A stretch of DNA of 64,000 bases, from contig JBFHWX010000001.1 of NCBI GenBank assembly GCA_041599275.1, forward strand, positions 1,337 to 65,336. The letters run 5' to 3'. Numbering within the stretch: the first letter of the stretch is position 1; every line of letters begins with the position of its first letter. The position numbers and the translations under genes are program-made. This DNA comes from Desulfobulbales bacterium. Its GTDB lineage: Bacteria; Desulfobacterota; Desulfobulbia; Desulfobulbales; BM004. The notes below the pieces were generated by a model. It was given only the letters and a program-made list of their open reading frames with translations. It had not been told where the DNA came from and searched no databases. Below, one piece after another: positions 35,941-45,235 of the stretch.

Positions 35941-37608
35941 TCAGGGCTCCTCTTTCCTTTTCCGGCCGTTGCCGGCCTGGCCGGATTTGTCGAGCTCTTC
36001 GATGATCTCGGCGAGGCTCTGCTCGCCGCCGAGCCTGTCCGAAACCGCCTGGTGCCTTGCAAAGATCCGGTCTATGGCCGCCAGGGTATGAGCGGGACTC
36101 GAATAGGCGTCATCGGAAAACACGTTCTGGCCCAGGAAGCGGTCGCGGATCTCTTCGGCGGTCATCATCAGCAACCGGTCGGCGTCCTGCAGCCCCTCCA
36201 TGCCGACGATCTCGACGATCTCCCGAAGCGTTTCCTCCCGCCGCAGGATGTCCCGGCAGAAAGCGCGCAGCCTGCCCCAGGCCTCCCCCGCCGCTTCGCT
36301 GAAATGGGGCAGCAGCTCCCGGTCGTACACCGAATAGCTGAGCGACCAGTTGATGGCCGGGAAATGGCGGGCGTGGGCAAGGGAAGAGTCGAGCATCAGA
36401 AGGCCGCCCGTGGTACGGAGCAGGGCCTGGGTGACGGGCTCGGTGAAGTCCTCGCCCGGCGGCGAGGCGGACAGGATCATGGTGAGCGAACCGCGGTCAC
36501 CGCACAGGGTCTCCACCTCACCGGCCCGTTCCACAAAGGCGGCGAGCCGTGAGGCGAGATAGGTCGGATACCCCTCCTCGCCGGGCATCTCCTCGAGCGA
36601 CGACGAAATCTCCCGCAGGGCTTCGGCCCAGCGCGACAGGCTGTCGGCCAGAAGCAGCACGTCGAGGCCCAGGTCGCGGAAGTATTCGCCCATGGTCACC
36701 GCCGTGTAGATCGAGGCCTCGCGGGCCGCCACCGGCATGTTGCTGGTGTTCACCACCAGCACGGTGCGCTCGACCAGGGGCCGGGCGCCGGCCCGGTCGG
36801 TCATTTTGCGGAAATCCTCGATCAGCTCCGACATCTCGTTGCCCCGCTCGCCGCAACCGGCATAAATGACCACGTCGACATCGGCGAACTTGGCGATGGT
36901 CTGCAGCAGGATGGTCTTGCCGGCCCCGAAACCGCCTGGAATGACCACCGCGCCGCCGCGGGCAACCGGAAAGAGAAAGTCGATCACCCGCTGGCCAGTG
37001 ACCACCGGCCGGCTGGGCGGCAGCTTGCGCTTGAAGGGTCTCGGCACCCGCACCGGCCAGGCGTGGTGGAGGTAGAGGGCCCGCCCGTCGTCGAGCAGGC
37101 AGAAGGGCTCGCCGAGCTTGAGCGGGGAAGCGGCGAGCCGCCCCACCCTGCCCTCGACACCAGCCGGAACCCGCACTCTGTGCACGATCTGTCCTTCTTC
37201 CACCCCGGCGATGCAGTCATGCTGCCCGACCCGGTCGCCTTCGTTTACCGCGACGCTCGCTTCCCAGGAAGCTTCGAGATCGAGGGCTGTCACCACCGTG
37301 CCGCTGCGAAGGAAGGGACCGTCGAGCTTCTCGAGGATCTGCAGGGGCCGTTGCAGGCCGTCGTACATGCGGCCCAGCATGCCGGGCCCCAGGTCGACGG
37401 TCAACTGCCGGTCGAGCCCGGCCACCGGTTCTCCCACCGCCAGGCCATGGGGATCTTCGTAGATGTGGATCACCGCCCGGCCGGCCTCCAGCCGCACCAC
37501 CTCGCCGGTCAGCCGCCGGTGGCCGACCAGCACCCGTTCGTAGAGCTTGAGGCCGGGCAGGTCGGTGCGCACCGTGGAGCCCGAGATAGCGGTGATCGAG
37601 CCGTTCAT
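35941..37608 (-). CDS. atpA: A/V-type ATPase catalytic subunit A
   Basis: Start MNGSITAISG (ATG at 37608, ATGA overlap with subunit F). Walker A GGFGAGKT and PGEEGYPTYLASRLA. The upstream part of ORF 35941..37995 is rejected. Confidence 0.92.
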   Translation of the reverse strand: MNGSITAISGSTVRTDLPGLKLYERVLVGHRRLTGEVVRLEAGRAVIHIYEDPHGLAVGEPVAGLDRQLTVDLGPGMLGRMYDGLQRPLQILEKLDGPFLRSGTVVTALDLEASWEASVAVNEGDRVGQHDCIAGVEEGQIVHRVRVPAGVEGRVGRLAASPLKLGEPFCLLDDGRALYLHHAWPVRVPRPFKRKLPPSRPVVTGQRVIDFLFPVARGGAVVIPGGFGAGKTILLQTIAKFADVDVVIYAGCGERGNEMSELIEDFRKMTDRAGARPLVERTVLVVNTSNMPVAAREASIYTAVTMGEYFRDLGLDVLLLADSLSRWAEALREISSSLEEMPGEEGYPTYLASRLAAFVERAGEVETLCGDRGSLTMILSASPPGEDFTEPVTQALLRTTGGLLMLDSSLAHARHFPAINWSLSYSVYDRELLPHFSEAAGEAWGRLRAFCRDILRREETLREIVEIVGMEGLQDADRLLMMTAEEIRDRFLGQNVFSDDAYSSPAHTLAAIDRIFARHQAVSDRLGGEQSLAEIIEELDKSGQAGNGRKRKEEP

Positions 37609-37922
37609 GGATTCAACCTCACCTGGTAGCCGATCGCCTTCTGCAGCAGCCGTTCGGCGTAATCCCTCTCCCTGGTGGCGTCCCCCGGTGGCGGCAGCAC
37701 CACGATGATCCCCGGCCAGGTTTCCTGGCGGCGGCCGATGTACTCCTCGAGAAAAGGGTCGAGGAGCCGCTCGTCGACCACAATGAGGCCGAACTCTCCA
37801 CTCCCCGTGAGCTGGCGCAGAAGCTCGGCGGCTTCCGCCGTGGTGGCCTGCTGGTGCAGCATGCCGGCAAGGGCGAAACCGGGTGCGGCGCCGGCGGGCG
37901 TGATGCAGGCGATGCGCTTCAT
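37605..37922 (-). CDS. atpF: A/V-type ATPase subunit F
   Basis: 105 aa with ..GFALAG.. and ..GLIVVDERL.. . Conserved position between subunits C and A. Confidence 0.8.
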   Translation of the reverse strand: MKRIACITPAGAAPGFALAGMLHQQATTAEAAELLRQLTGSGEFGLIVVDERLLDPFLEEYIGRRQETWPGIIVVLPPPGDATRERDYAERLLQKAIGYQVRLNP

Positions 37923-38878
37923 GCGGCAAGCTCCCCGGGCAGATGTTCCCGGACGATACCCGCCCGCCGCAGATAAAGGCTGTAACGTTGGGCAAAGAGG
38001 TACTGCTCGAAGAGATAGGCGATCACCGGTGCCTCCGCCTCCAGCGCCAGCCGGGCTTCCTTTTGGAGCTTCCGCAGAATGGCGAGAAGCAGGTGGCCCT
38101 CGAGCCGGGCAGGGCTCATGCCGGGCTCCAGGCCGAGGGAGGCGAAAAACTCCTCCTGGCTCCCGCGCAGGGCCACGGAGTGCAAACGTTTGGCCGGAAA
38201 GCTGCCGCCTTCCAGAAAAACAGGAAATTGCTCCGGGTGCCAGCGCGCCACCTTCTGGAGAAGAAGCAGATTGAGGCAGTCGGCCATGCCCCGGAAAAAC
38301 AAACGAAGAATGCGGCTGATTTTGGCCTTTGCCACGTACCCGAAGAAACCATCCAGCAGCGCACCCTCCAGCGCCGGCCCGGATTGTGGGCCAGCCGCCG
38401 GCTCCTTCAAAAACATGTTGGAATGGCCGGCAAGTGAGGTGAAAAGATCGGCAAGGGTTTCTTGTGCCGGCCCCGGCCGCCGCAGGGCGGCGAAATGTTT
38501 CTCGGCCAGAAGGCTCAGAGCGCCGATCCGGTCGAGCATTTCAGCGGCCTCGCCGTTTTCGCGAAGCCGCAGGGTGGAGACCAGCGCCGGCAGTTCCAGA
38601 AAAAAGAATAAAGGTGCGAAATCCCGGCGCAGACCGCGGTTCATCCGCCCGTACACCCACCTTTTCTCCGCCGCCAGATATTGCCAGGCCGCGTCCAGGC
38701 GGCCGGCCTCGGGGCCGGTCCACAGCCAGGCCGGCAAAGCTTGCCCGGCCAGGCCCGCCTCCTCCCGGGCAAGCTCATGCCAGTCGAGCCGCACCCGCGC
38801 CGCCCTGCCCCGCAGCCTGGCGAGCAGAAAATCCGCGGGAAAATCATTCTGCCGCAGTGTTTTGAAAAGATGCTCCAT
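37919..38878 (-). CDS. atpC: A/V-type ATPase subunit C
   Basis: 319 aa from MEHLFKTLRQNDFPADFLLARLRG, helical. Position between subunits E and F. Confidence 0.7.
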   Translation of the reverse strand: MEHLFKTLRQNDFPADFLLARLRGRAARVRLDWHELAREEAGLAGQALPAWLWTGPEAGRLDAAWQYLAAEKRWVYGRMNRGLRRDFAPLFFFLELPALVSTLRLRENGEAAEMLDRIGALSLLAEKHFAALRRPGPAQETLADLFTSLAGHSNMFLKEPAAGPQSGPALEGALLDGFFGYVAKAKISRILRLFFRGMADCLNLLLLQKVARWHPEQFPVFLEGGSFPAKRLHSVALRGSQEEFFASLGLEPGMSPARLEGHLLLAILRKLQKEARLALEAEAPVIAYLFEQYLFAQRYSLYLRRAGIVREHLPGELAA

Positions 38879-39446
38879 CTTCGGCTCCTTCACAAAGTTC
38901 CCGGATGATGCCGGGAACCAGGGTGGGCAAGCTTCTGGCCAGCCGCCGGTCAAGGGTGTTGTCCACCTCGATGCTGCCGGCCCCGCCCCAGGCCCGCAGG
39001 CCACCGGTGATGCCCCGCTCCGGATGGGGTTTGGCGCCGGCAAGAAAGCGGCGGGCCAGGTCGATGTCGTCGGGATGCACGAAAACCCCTTCCCAGGCCG
39101 CCGCCGGCAGCTCGAGGCAGAGCTTTTCGAAACTTGCCGGATAGTCTTCTCGGAGCCGCAGTTCGACGAGGAGTTTTTGGGCCAGCTCACCGACCCGCTC
39201 GGCAAGCTCCTCCTCGGCGGCCAGCAGCAGGGCACGCTGCTCGCGGAGCAAGCGGCGGGATTCCTGCCGCCGGCGGTTGTCGTTACGCAGGCTCAGCTCT
39301 TCGGCGTGGCGGGCGCGCAGGCCTGCAATCTCGGCCGCGGCCGCGGCCCGCAACCCCGATTCCCGTTCCGCCGCCTGCCGCCGGATCTCCTCGAGTTGCT
39401 GCTGCCGGTTTCTTTCGAGAGCTGCGAGAAGATCGTCGACGCTCAC
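38844..39446 (-). CDS. atpE: A/V-type ATPase subunit E (peripheral stalk)
   Basis: GTG start overlapping the subunit K stop (GTGA). Long charged N-terminal helix plus a globular C-terminus. Confidence 0.65.
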   Translation of the reverse strand: MSVDDLLAALERNRQQQLEEIRRQAAERESGLRAAAAAEIAGLRARHAEELSLRNDNRRRQESRRLLREQRALLLAAEEELAERVGELAQKLLVELRLREDYPASFEKLCLELPAAAWEGVFVHPDDIDLARRFLAGAKPHPERGITGGLRAWGGAGSIEVDNTLDRRLARSLPTLVPGIIRELCEGAEDGASFQNTAAE

Positions 39447-39667
39447 CCGGGCTGGCCTCCGAGCAGGATGATGACCGCCACCACGAAACCGAGGATCACC
39501 ATGGTTTCGGGGATCGCCACCAGGATGATGATGGTGCCGCTCAACTCCGGTTTCTCGGCCAGGGTGCCGGCACCAGCGGCGCCGATCCGGGACTGGGCCC
39601 AGGCGGTGGCAAGGGCCGGCAGGCCGATGGCGAGCGCGGCGGCAAAGGCAAGCAGAATGTCGTTCAT
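39443..39667 (-). CDS. atpK: A/V-type ATPase proteolipid subunit K (c), single hairpin
   Basis: 74 aa with two TM helices. Gln in helix 1 (AWAQS) and the PET carboxylate motif in helix 2 (VAIPETMVILG). Confidence 0.85.
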   Translation of the reverse strand: MNDILLAFAAALAIGLPALATAWAQSRIGAAGAGTLAEKPELSGTIIILVAIPETMVILGFVVAVIILLGGQPG

Positions 39668-41580
39668 GTGGTACCCCCTGATTCGCTGGTGTTGGCAGTG
39701 TCCTCCTTGTGCAGCGGCTGGTAATGACGGCCGCCGAACTCGAGGAATTTATCGAAGAATTCAACATAATGGAGCCGGATCGAGTGGATGGTGGACGAGA
39801 AGACGCCGATCACCATGTTCATCAGATGGATAAGGGCGCCGACCAGAAGCCCCAGGAAGACGTCGCCGGTGGCGCCCGCCAACCGGTTGGCCACGTAGGC
39901 GAGCAGCACCGAGGTGAGGCCGATGGCCATGATCCGCGCATAGCTCACGATATTTCCGAAGTCCTTCAACAGCTCGAGGGGGGCGAGAAGCCCGCCGGTG
40001 AAAAGCAGAGCCGGGCAGAGCACTGCCACCGCAACCAGCACCGGCCGGCTGCGCAGTTCCGGATGCCCTCCCACGGAAGCGATAACCAAAAAGGCGGCGC
40101 AGAAGAGAAGCAGGATATGCAGCCCCTTGGCCAGGGCCTTACGGTGCTCTTGCCCGCGCCAGGCGGCCACCACCCCGAGGCCGAGGCCGAAGAGAACGTG
40201 CACTCCGCCCACCGCCAGAGCAAAATAGAGAAGCGGCAGAATCTTGGTGTGGCGGTCGAGGATCGGGTGCAGATTGAAAAACCGGGCCGGCAGGTCGCCG
40301 AAGAACTCGGCGTAGAGCAGCCCGAAAAGGATCGCGTAGAGTGAGGCGAAGCGCAGAACGGCGCCGGCGTCGGCCAGCAACCGCGAGCGGTGCCCTGCCT
40401 TTTTTTGAAGCAGCAGACCGAGCAGCAGAAGCAGCAGGCCGTAGCCTGCATCCCCCAGGATCATGCCGAAGAACAGGGGAAAGAAGAAGGCGATGAAGGG
40501 GGTCGGGTCGTAGGAGGAATAGGCGGGCAGCGGCAGCAGCCGGGTGAAGTTCTCGAAGGGCCTGAGCAGGGGGGGATTCTTCAGCAGCACCGGTACCCGG
40601 GAGGTGTCGCTGCGGCGGATGGCCAGTACTTCGAGATGCACCCGACCAAGGAAGCGCTCGGCAAGCACACCCCGCAGGGCTTCCACATCGGCGGCCGGGA
40701 TCCAGCCGTAGACAAAGAAACAGAGCGTGCTTTCGAACACCATGCCGGAGGCCTGCAGAAGCGACAGCCGCTGCTTGATCCACTCACGGCTGGCCAGGTA
40801 GAGCGGCCCCCAGCGGCCGGCGAAGGCTTCGAGCTGCCGGACGCAGTCGGCCAGCTCCTGGTCGAGGGCTGCCTCCCTGCCGGCCAGCAGGCGAAGACGC
40901 CCGGCAAAGGGCAGTTCCGGATCGAGGCCGGGCAGGGACAACTCCGGCACCTTCTTCTCGGCCAGACGGCTGCGCACCTGGCCAGCAAGGGATTTCTCGA
41001 CGACCAGCAGGCCGCAGGAGCCAAGGTCACCTTGGCGATCGATGAAGAGTTCGTAGGCGTCGCCGATCAGCGTATCGAGGGCCTTGCGCACCAGGCGTTC
41101 GCCCCCCTGGCCCTCGAAGGACAGGCCGATATACTCGAGATCCGGTGCCTTTTCGAGGTCGGCGAGCAGGCCCTCGAGTTGGGCGAAGAGCGCCCGGTAG
41201 CGGCCAAGCCCTTCCCTTTCCGCAACCAGCGCCGCCCGCCGCCGGTCGAGCTCGGCGCACTGGGCCAGATGGCCGTCGATCCGGGCGCTGATGCTGTCGA
41301 GCAGCAGGGCAGGTGAAAAATGGCTCTGCCGCACCTTCACGTTGGGCAGCAAACCGAGCAGGGTGTCGAGCTTGTCGCGCAGGTCGGTGAGAAAAAGCTT
41401 TTCGAACACCGTTTTTTCGTCGGGCAGCAGGGAGTGGATGGCACCCCGCTCTTTTTCGTCGACAAACCCCACGGTGCTCGGGTCGATGTGCAGGTGGCCG
41501 TCCTGCCAGAGGGTTTCGAGCACGGCCTCCAGATCCTGGCGCAGGCCAACGACCTCGATTTTCGACATGCGGACGATCAT
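39664..41580 (-). CDS. atpI: A/V-type ATPase subunit I (a)
   Basis: 638 aa from MIVRMSKIEVVG. Soluble N-terminal half, a C-terminal polytopic domain, and conserved ..RLHYVEFF.. near the end. Confidence 0.85.
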   Translation of the reverse strand: MIVRMSKIEVVGLRQDLEAVLETLWQDGHLHIDPSTVGFVDEKERGAIHSLLPDEKTVFEKLFLTDLRDKLDTLLGLLPNVKVRQSHFSPALLLDSISARIDGHLAQCAELDRRRAALVAEREGLGRYRALFAQLEGLLADLEKAPDLEYIGLSFEGQGGERLVRKALDTLIGDAYELFIDRQGDLGSCGLLVVEKSLAGQVRSRLAEKKVPELSLPGLDPELPFAGRLRLLAGREAALDQELADCVRQLEAFAGRWGPLYLASREWIKQRLSLLQASGMVFESTLCFFVYGWIPAADVEALRGVLAERFLGRVHLEVLAIRRSDTSRVPVLLKNPPLLRPFENFTRLLPLPAYSSYDPTPFIAFFFPLFFGMILGDAGYGLLLLLLGLLLQKKAGHRSRLLADAGAVLRFASLYAILFGLLYAEFFGDLPARFFNLHPILDRHTKILPLLYFALAVGGVHVLFGLGLGVVAAWRGQEHRKALAKGLHILLLFCAAFLVIASVGGHPELRSRPVLVAVAVLCPALLFTGGLLAPLELLKDFGNIVSYARIMAIGLTSVLLAYVANRLAGATGDVFLGLLVGALIHLMNMVIGVFSSTIHSIRLHYVEFFDKFLEFGGRHYQPLHKEDTANTSESGGTT

Positions 41581-41587
41581 GGCGCCC

Positions 41588-41899
41588 TCATGGCAGGATC
41601 CTGGGAAGATGCCGGCGCACCGCGGCGCGGATCGCCTCGTCGCCCATGCTCCGAAGCGCGGCGCAGCGCTCTTCAGCCTGCAGCCGGCTGCGGCGGGCCT
41701 CCCCGGCAAGCTCGTGCTCCAGCCGCTGGGCCTCATCCTCGAGCTCTCCCCGCAGCCGCTCCCGCTCCACTTCCACCTGCCGCCGGCACTCTTCCTCGAC
41801 CCCGGTAAGACGCCGGGAGGCCTCGACACGCTCCGCCTCCACCGCCCGAAGGATTTCCTTCTCGGTGTCCAGCACACGTTTGAGCAGGTCCGTGTCCAT
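41588..41899 (-). CDS. Coiled-coil protein, probable A/V-type ATPase peripheral-stalk subunit (G/H-like)
   Basis: 103 aa, highly charged and helical (..EVERERLRGELEDEAQRLEHELAGEARR..). First gene of the ATPase operon. Confidence 0.55.
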   Translation of the reverse strand: MDTDLLKRVLDTEKEILRAVEAERVEASRRLTGVEEECRRQVEVERERLRGELEDEAQRLEHELAGEARRSRLQAEERCAALRSMGDEAIRAAVRRHLPRILP

Positions 41900-42159
41900 G
41901 CCACTCCCCCTGGATAGAGATGAGTCGACGCAGCCGTGGGTGATTTTCTCTCTCTGGTCTTGCCGTGCTGAAAAAAAACGGAGATAGCGCTCCGCGCCCT
42001 TGCCTCAGGTAAGGTCATGGTTGCGGAGAGCAGCTCATCGCGGTTCCGCGCGCCGCGACCACCTGACTCTTCTTATAGGCGTCATCAGAAAATATTTCAA
42101 CATTATTGAGAATATGCGACAGAAAGCAGCTCGCCAGACACCCCGAAAACTCTACAGCA

Positions 42160-42669
42160 TCAGATAACGAAATCGACGCCACCACCCTCCTCCTCGCCGA
42201 GGAAGACCACTATCCGTGCCAGAAGCTCTTCCTCTGGCAATACGCCATCCCCTCCGCCGGCGGCCGCTCCGCCGACAAGATCCAGACCACGGGCCTCGAG
42301 TGCTGCACAGAGCCCCGCAGCCCGTTCCTGCATCTCGACACGCCGGGGCCGGTGCTCGTGCATGCTTTCGGATTCCGGCTGAAAAGGACCCAGGGCAAGG
42401 AGCCGGTAGGTGCAGGCAAGGGGCTCGAGGCCGCGGCCGGCAACCAGCCGGGCCAGGGAATTCCCCCTGGCCTGCTCCCGGGTGTCGAGAACGGCTCCCA
42501 GCCGGGCCACCACCGTACCGGCGCCGGCGTTCACCGAATCACCGGTGTGACCGACATGCACGAGAACACCCTCCGGTGTTTCGATCTTCCAGACATAGAG
42601 CCAGTAACCCCGCTCCAGCAACCTGCCGTCGATATTTACTTCGTATCCCGGATGCATAGGCCCTCCCAT
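42160..42669 (-). CDS. Hypothetical protein
   Basis: 169-aa ORF with coding-like composition. The N-terminal YWLYVWKIE..VLVHVGHTGD is faintly GIY-YIG-like. No confident family. Confidence 0.4.
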   Translation of the reverse strand: MGGPMHPGYEVNIDGRLLERGYWLYVWKIETPEGVLVHVGHTGDSVNAGAGTVVARLGAVLDTREQARGNSLARLVAGRGLEPLACTYRLLALGPFQPESESMHEHRPRRVEMQERAAGLCAALEARGLDLVGGAAAGGGDGVLPEEELLARIVVFLGEEEGGGVDFVI

Positions 42670-42810
42670 GGGTTGAGGGAAAACTGCATTTCCTTAGAGG
42701 TACACCGTTTCCTGCATTTTAGACAAAAATTCAAAAGGAAAGCAAACGGGTTTCAATACCTCACCCACAACCAGGCTGGCCCTGCCCGGCAGGACGACCC
42801 GTTCCGCCAT

Positions 42811-42848
42811 AAAGAAAAGGCGCGGGGGGCTCCCGCGCCTTTTCTTTA
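42811..42848. terminator. Bidirectional-looking rho-independent terminator
   Basis: aaagaaaaGGCGCGGGgggcTCCCGCGCCttttcttt: a GC stem flanked by an A-run and a T-run. It lies 93 nt downstream of the 42941 stop. Confidence 0.65.
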
Positions 42849-42940
42849 TGATCACTCCACCGGGGTTCACTCTGCACTGCCTCGATGGCAATGCGGATAT
42901 TGTCGCCCCCCGACCAAGCCAGTTCTTCTTCGGGTTCTCG

Positions 42941-45118
42941 CTACTTTTTGTCTCCGCATTCGGACTGCGCGGCTGAGGATACGATGAGGTCCTTTTCCTC
43001 TTCGCTGAGCAACCCTCTCTCCACAAAACTCGCAGAGGTTTTTGCCACGCAGGAGACGTACTTGCCATGGTTGCGGTACGAGATGGTGGTGCCCCGCGGG
43101 CCTTCGCACGGACAGTACTGCTCGATGGAGCAACCGAAGTCGGGATCCACCACAGCGCCTGCCGGGGTCTCGGCACAGATGTCACTGGCATTTGTCACCC
43201 CGTCGCCGTCGATGTCCGGATCGCAGGCGTCACCCGCCCCGTCGCCGTCCCAGTCGAGTTGGTTGCTGTTGGCGGTGGCCGGACAATTGTCAATTTCGTT
43301 ATCGACGCCATCGCCGTCGAGGTCACCGTCACAGGCATCGCCCACGCCGTCGCCGTCGGTGTCGCTCTGGTCGTTTGGCACCAGCGGGCAGTTATCGGCC
43401 CCGTCGGCGTGACCGTCGTTGTCGTCGTCGCCATCGCAGGCGTCACCATCGCCGTCACCGTCGGTATCGTCCTGGGCAGCGTTTTCAGTCAACGGGCAGT
43501 TGTCGGTACCGTTGCCGACCCCGTCGCCGTCGAGATCGGCATCGCATGCATCACCGATACCATCCCCATCGAGGTCGAACTGGTCATCGTTGGCCACGGT
43601 AGGACAGTTGTCCGCCCCATCGGGGAATTGGTCGTTGTCGTCGTTGTCATCACATTCGTCACCCGCGCCGTCGCCATCGGTATCGGTCTGGTCGGGGTTG
43701 GGGCTTGCAGGACAGTTGTCTTCCTCATTCAGAACACCGTCGCCATCGAGGTCGTCGTCACAGACGTCACCGGCGCCGTCGCCGTCGGCATCGCCCTGCT
43801 CCGGGTTCACCGAAAACGGGCAGTTGTCGAGTTCATCGACGACACCGTCTTCATCGTCATCCGGGTCACAGGCGTCGCCGGTTCCATCGCCGTCGGTGTC
43901 GGCCTGCTCCGGGTTCGGCGTGTCGGGGCAGTTGTCGGAGACGTCCAGCACGCCGTCGCCGTCGCCGTCGGCCGAGGCGGTAAAACGGACCAGGTAGCTG
44001 AGCCTGGGACTGCTGTTGATGTCGGTGATTCCGGCATGAAGTTCTCCTGCCGGTGAGAAAGCAAGTGACGTACAACGGCCAGGAAGGTCATGGGCATATA
44101 CCGAATACTCACCGGAGTCGTACTGCCCCAAAGTGTAATCCCAAAAATCTCCGTCGTTGTTCAGATCGACAAACCTGATTATCTCATCCGCCCTGCTGCT
44201 GTAAAGGGCCCCGTCGCTGCCTTCCGCCAGCGTACTATACATGGAACAACCCTCGACGGGGATGAGCACCCTGCCCTCGTCGGCATCGTCGGCGTCGCCG
44301 TCGCCATTGTTGTCCCGAAACTGAACCAGCTCACATCTGTAACTGGGACCAATGGAGTGGTTCAAAAACGTCAACCAGCCCTCCTTATTCATGACCGGCT
44401 GAGAATTGATATCCCACAGGCCATAGGGAATGTTGACGCCGGTTGCCCATACTGCCTTGCCTGCCGCCGGATTCACTCTGTATATCATGCCATCGGCACC
44501 GCCGCCAAATACGGTAAAGTTGGAGGCGTCGAGCACCAGCAGCAAATTTCCGTCCCTGGTAAACACGGCGTCTCCCGGCGTGTAATATCCAGTTGAAAAA
44601 ACGGTGTATCCAGGACCGAAAACCGATTGCCGCGTCACGCGGTTGGGGCCGTCGTCGATCAAAAAGAGATCAGTGGTGGCGAAAGCGCCGGAGCCATCAC
44701 CAAACCGAATGCCATTCGGTCTTACTCCAGGAGTATACTGGACATGGATCGCTTCCCCGGGGTCCAGGGCATCACCGTCAAGATTGCCATCCGTCAACCG
44801 GTAGAGCCTTGTCTGACTACTCCTGCTGGCATCCAGAAAATAGACATCCTCTCCAAAAGAAGCGCTTCCATTTCCAAAGGAGAGCGCTCCCAGCGCATTG
44901 GTTTGCCAGCTCCCGTCCGTGGAATACGAATAATATTCCACCGCCTGGATTCCCGGTGGCGGTACGATGTCTGCCACCGATCCGGCCTCGCACTGTCCGG
45001 GATGACCAAACAGCACAGCACCGATCACGGCCCCTCCCACCAGAAAAGACAGCCTGATTTCGTTGGCCTTTGTCCCTCCCGCCTTCCTTGCGGCAAAAAA
45101 GTTTTTTTTCATTTTCAT
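42941..45118 (-). CDS. Secreted protein: N-terminal beta-propeller-like region, 7 thrombospondin type-3 Ca-binding repeats, Cys-rich C-terminal domain
   Basis: Signal-like N-terminus. Seven units of D-x-D-x-DG-x-x-D-x-x-DNCP-x5-Q. GGGAGGG RBS. Confidence 0.85.
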   Translation of the reverse strand: MKMKKNFFAARKAGGTKANEIRLSFLVGGAVIGAVLFGHPGQCEAGSVADIVPPPGIQAVEYYSYSTDGSWQTNALGALSFGNGSASFGEDVYFLDASRSSQTRLYRLTDGNLDGDALDPGEAIHVQYTPGVRPNGIRFGDGSGAFATTDLFLIDDGPNRVTRQSVFGPGYTVFSTGYYTPGDAVFTRDGNLLLVLDASNFTVFGGGADGMIYRVNPAAGKAVWATGVNIPYGLWDINSQPVMNKEGWLTFLNHSIGPSYRCELVQFRDNNGDGDADDADEGRVLIPVEGCSMYSTLAEGSDGALYSSRADEIIRFVDLNNDGDFWDYTLGQYDSGEYSVYAHDLPGRCTSLAFSPAGELHAGITDINSSPRLSYLVRFTASADGDGDGVLDVSDNCPDTPNPEQADTDGDGTGDACDPDDDEDGVVDELDNCPFSVNPEQGDADGDGAGDVCDDDLDGDGVLNEEDNCPASPNPDQTDTDGDGAGDECDDNDDNDQFPDGADNCPTVANDDQFDLDGDGIGDACDADLDGDGVGNGTDNCPLTENAAQDDTDGDGDGDACDGDDDNDGHADGADNCPLVPNDQSDTDGDGVGDACDGDLDGDGVDNEIDNCPATANSNQLDWDGDGAGDACDPDIDGDGVTNASDICAETPAGAVVDPDFGCSIEQYCPCEGPRGTTISYRNHGKYVSCVAKTSASFVERGLLSEEEKDLIVSSAAQSECGDKK
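43140..43970 (-). repeat. In-frame coding repeats (TSP type-3 units) visible at the DNA level
   Basis: Recurrent gtcgccgtc / gcaggcgtcacc / gggcagttgtc strings, which encode DGD / GDAC / DNCP. Confidence 0.8.
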
Positions 45119-45235
45119 GGGTTACCCTCCCTTTCGTTGTGTCTTAGCGACCGTCCAGACAACGCTTCTGGCCCCCATTCGGCCAAAAACATTTTCCATG
45201 GCATGCCAGATGGATCACCAACCGCACCGACCCGA

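Noticed and set aside
43140-43970. Periodic DNA repeats that could be mistaken for a CRISPR or tandem-repeat locus
   Set aside because: The units are imperfect and have no constant-repeat/unique-spacer organisation. They are in frame inside a long ORF and encode thrombospondin type-3 repeats.
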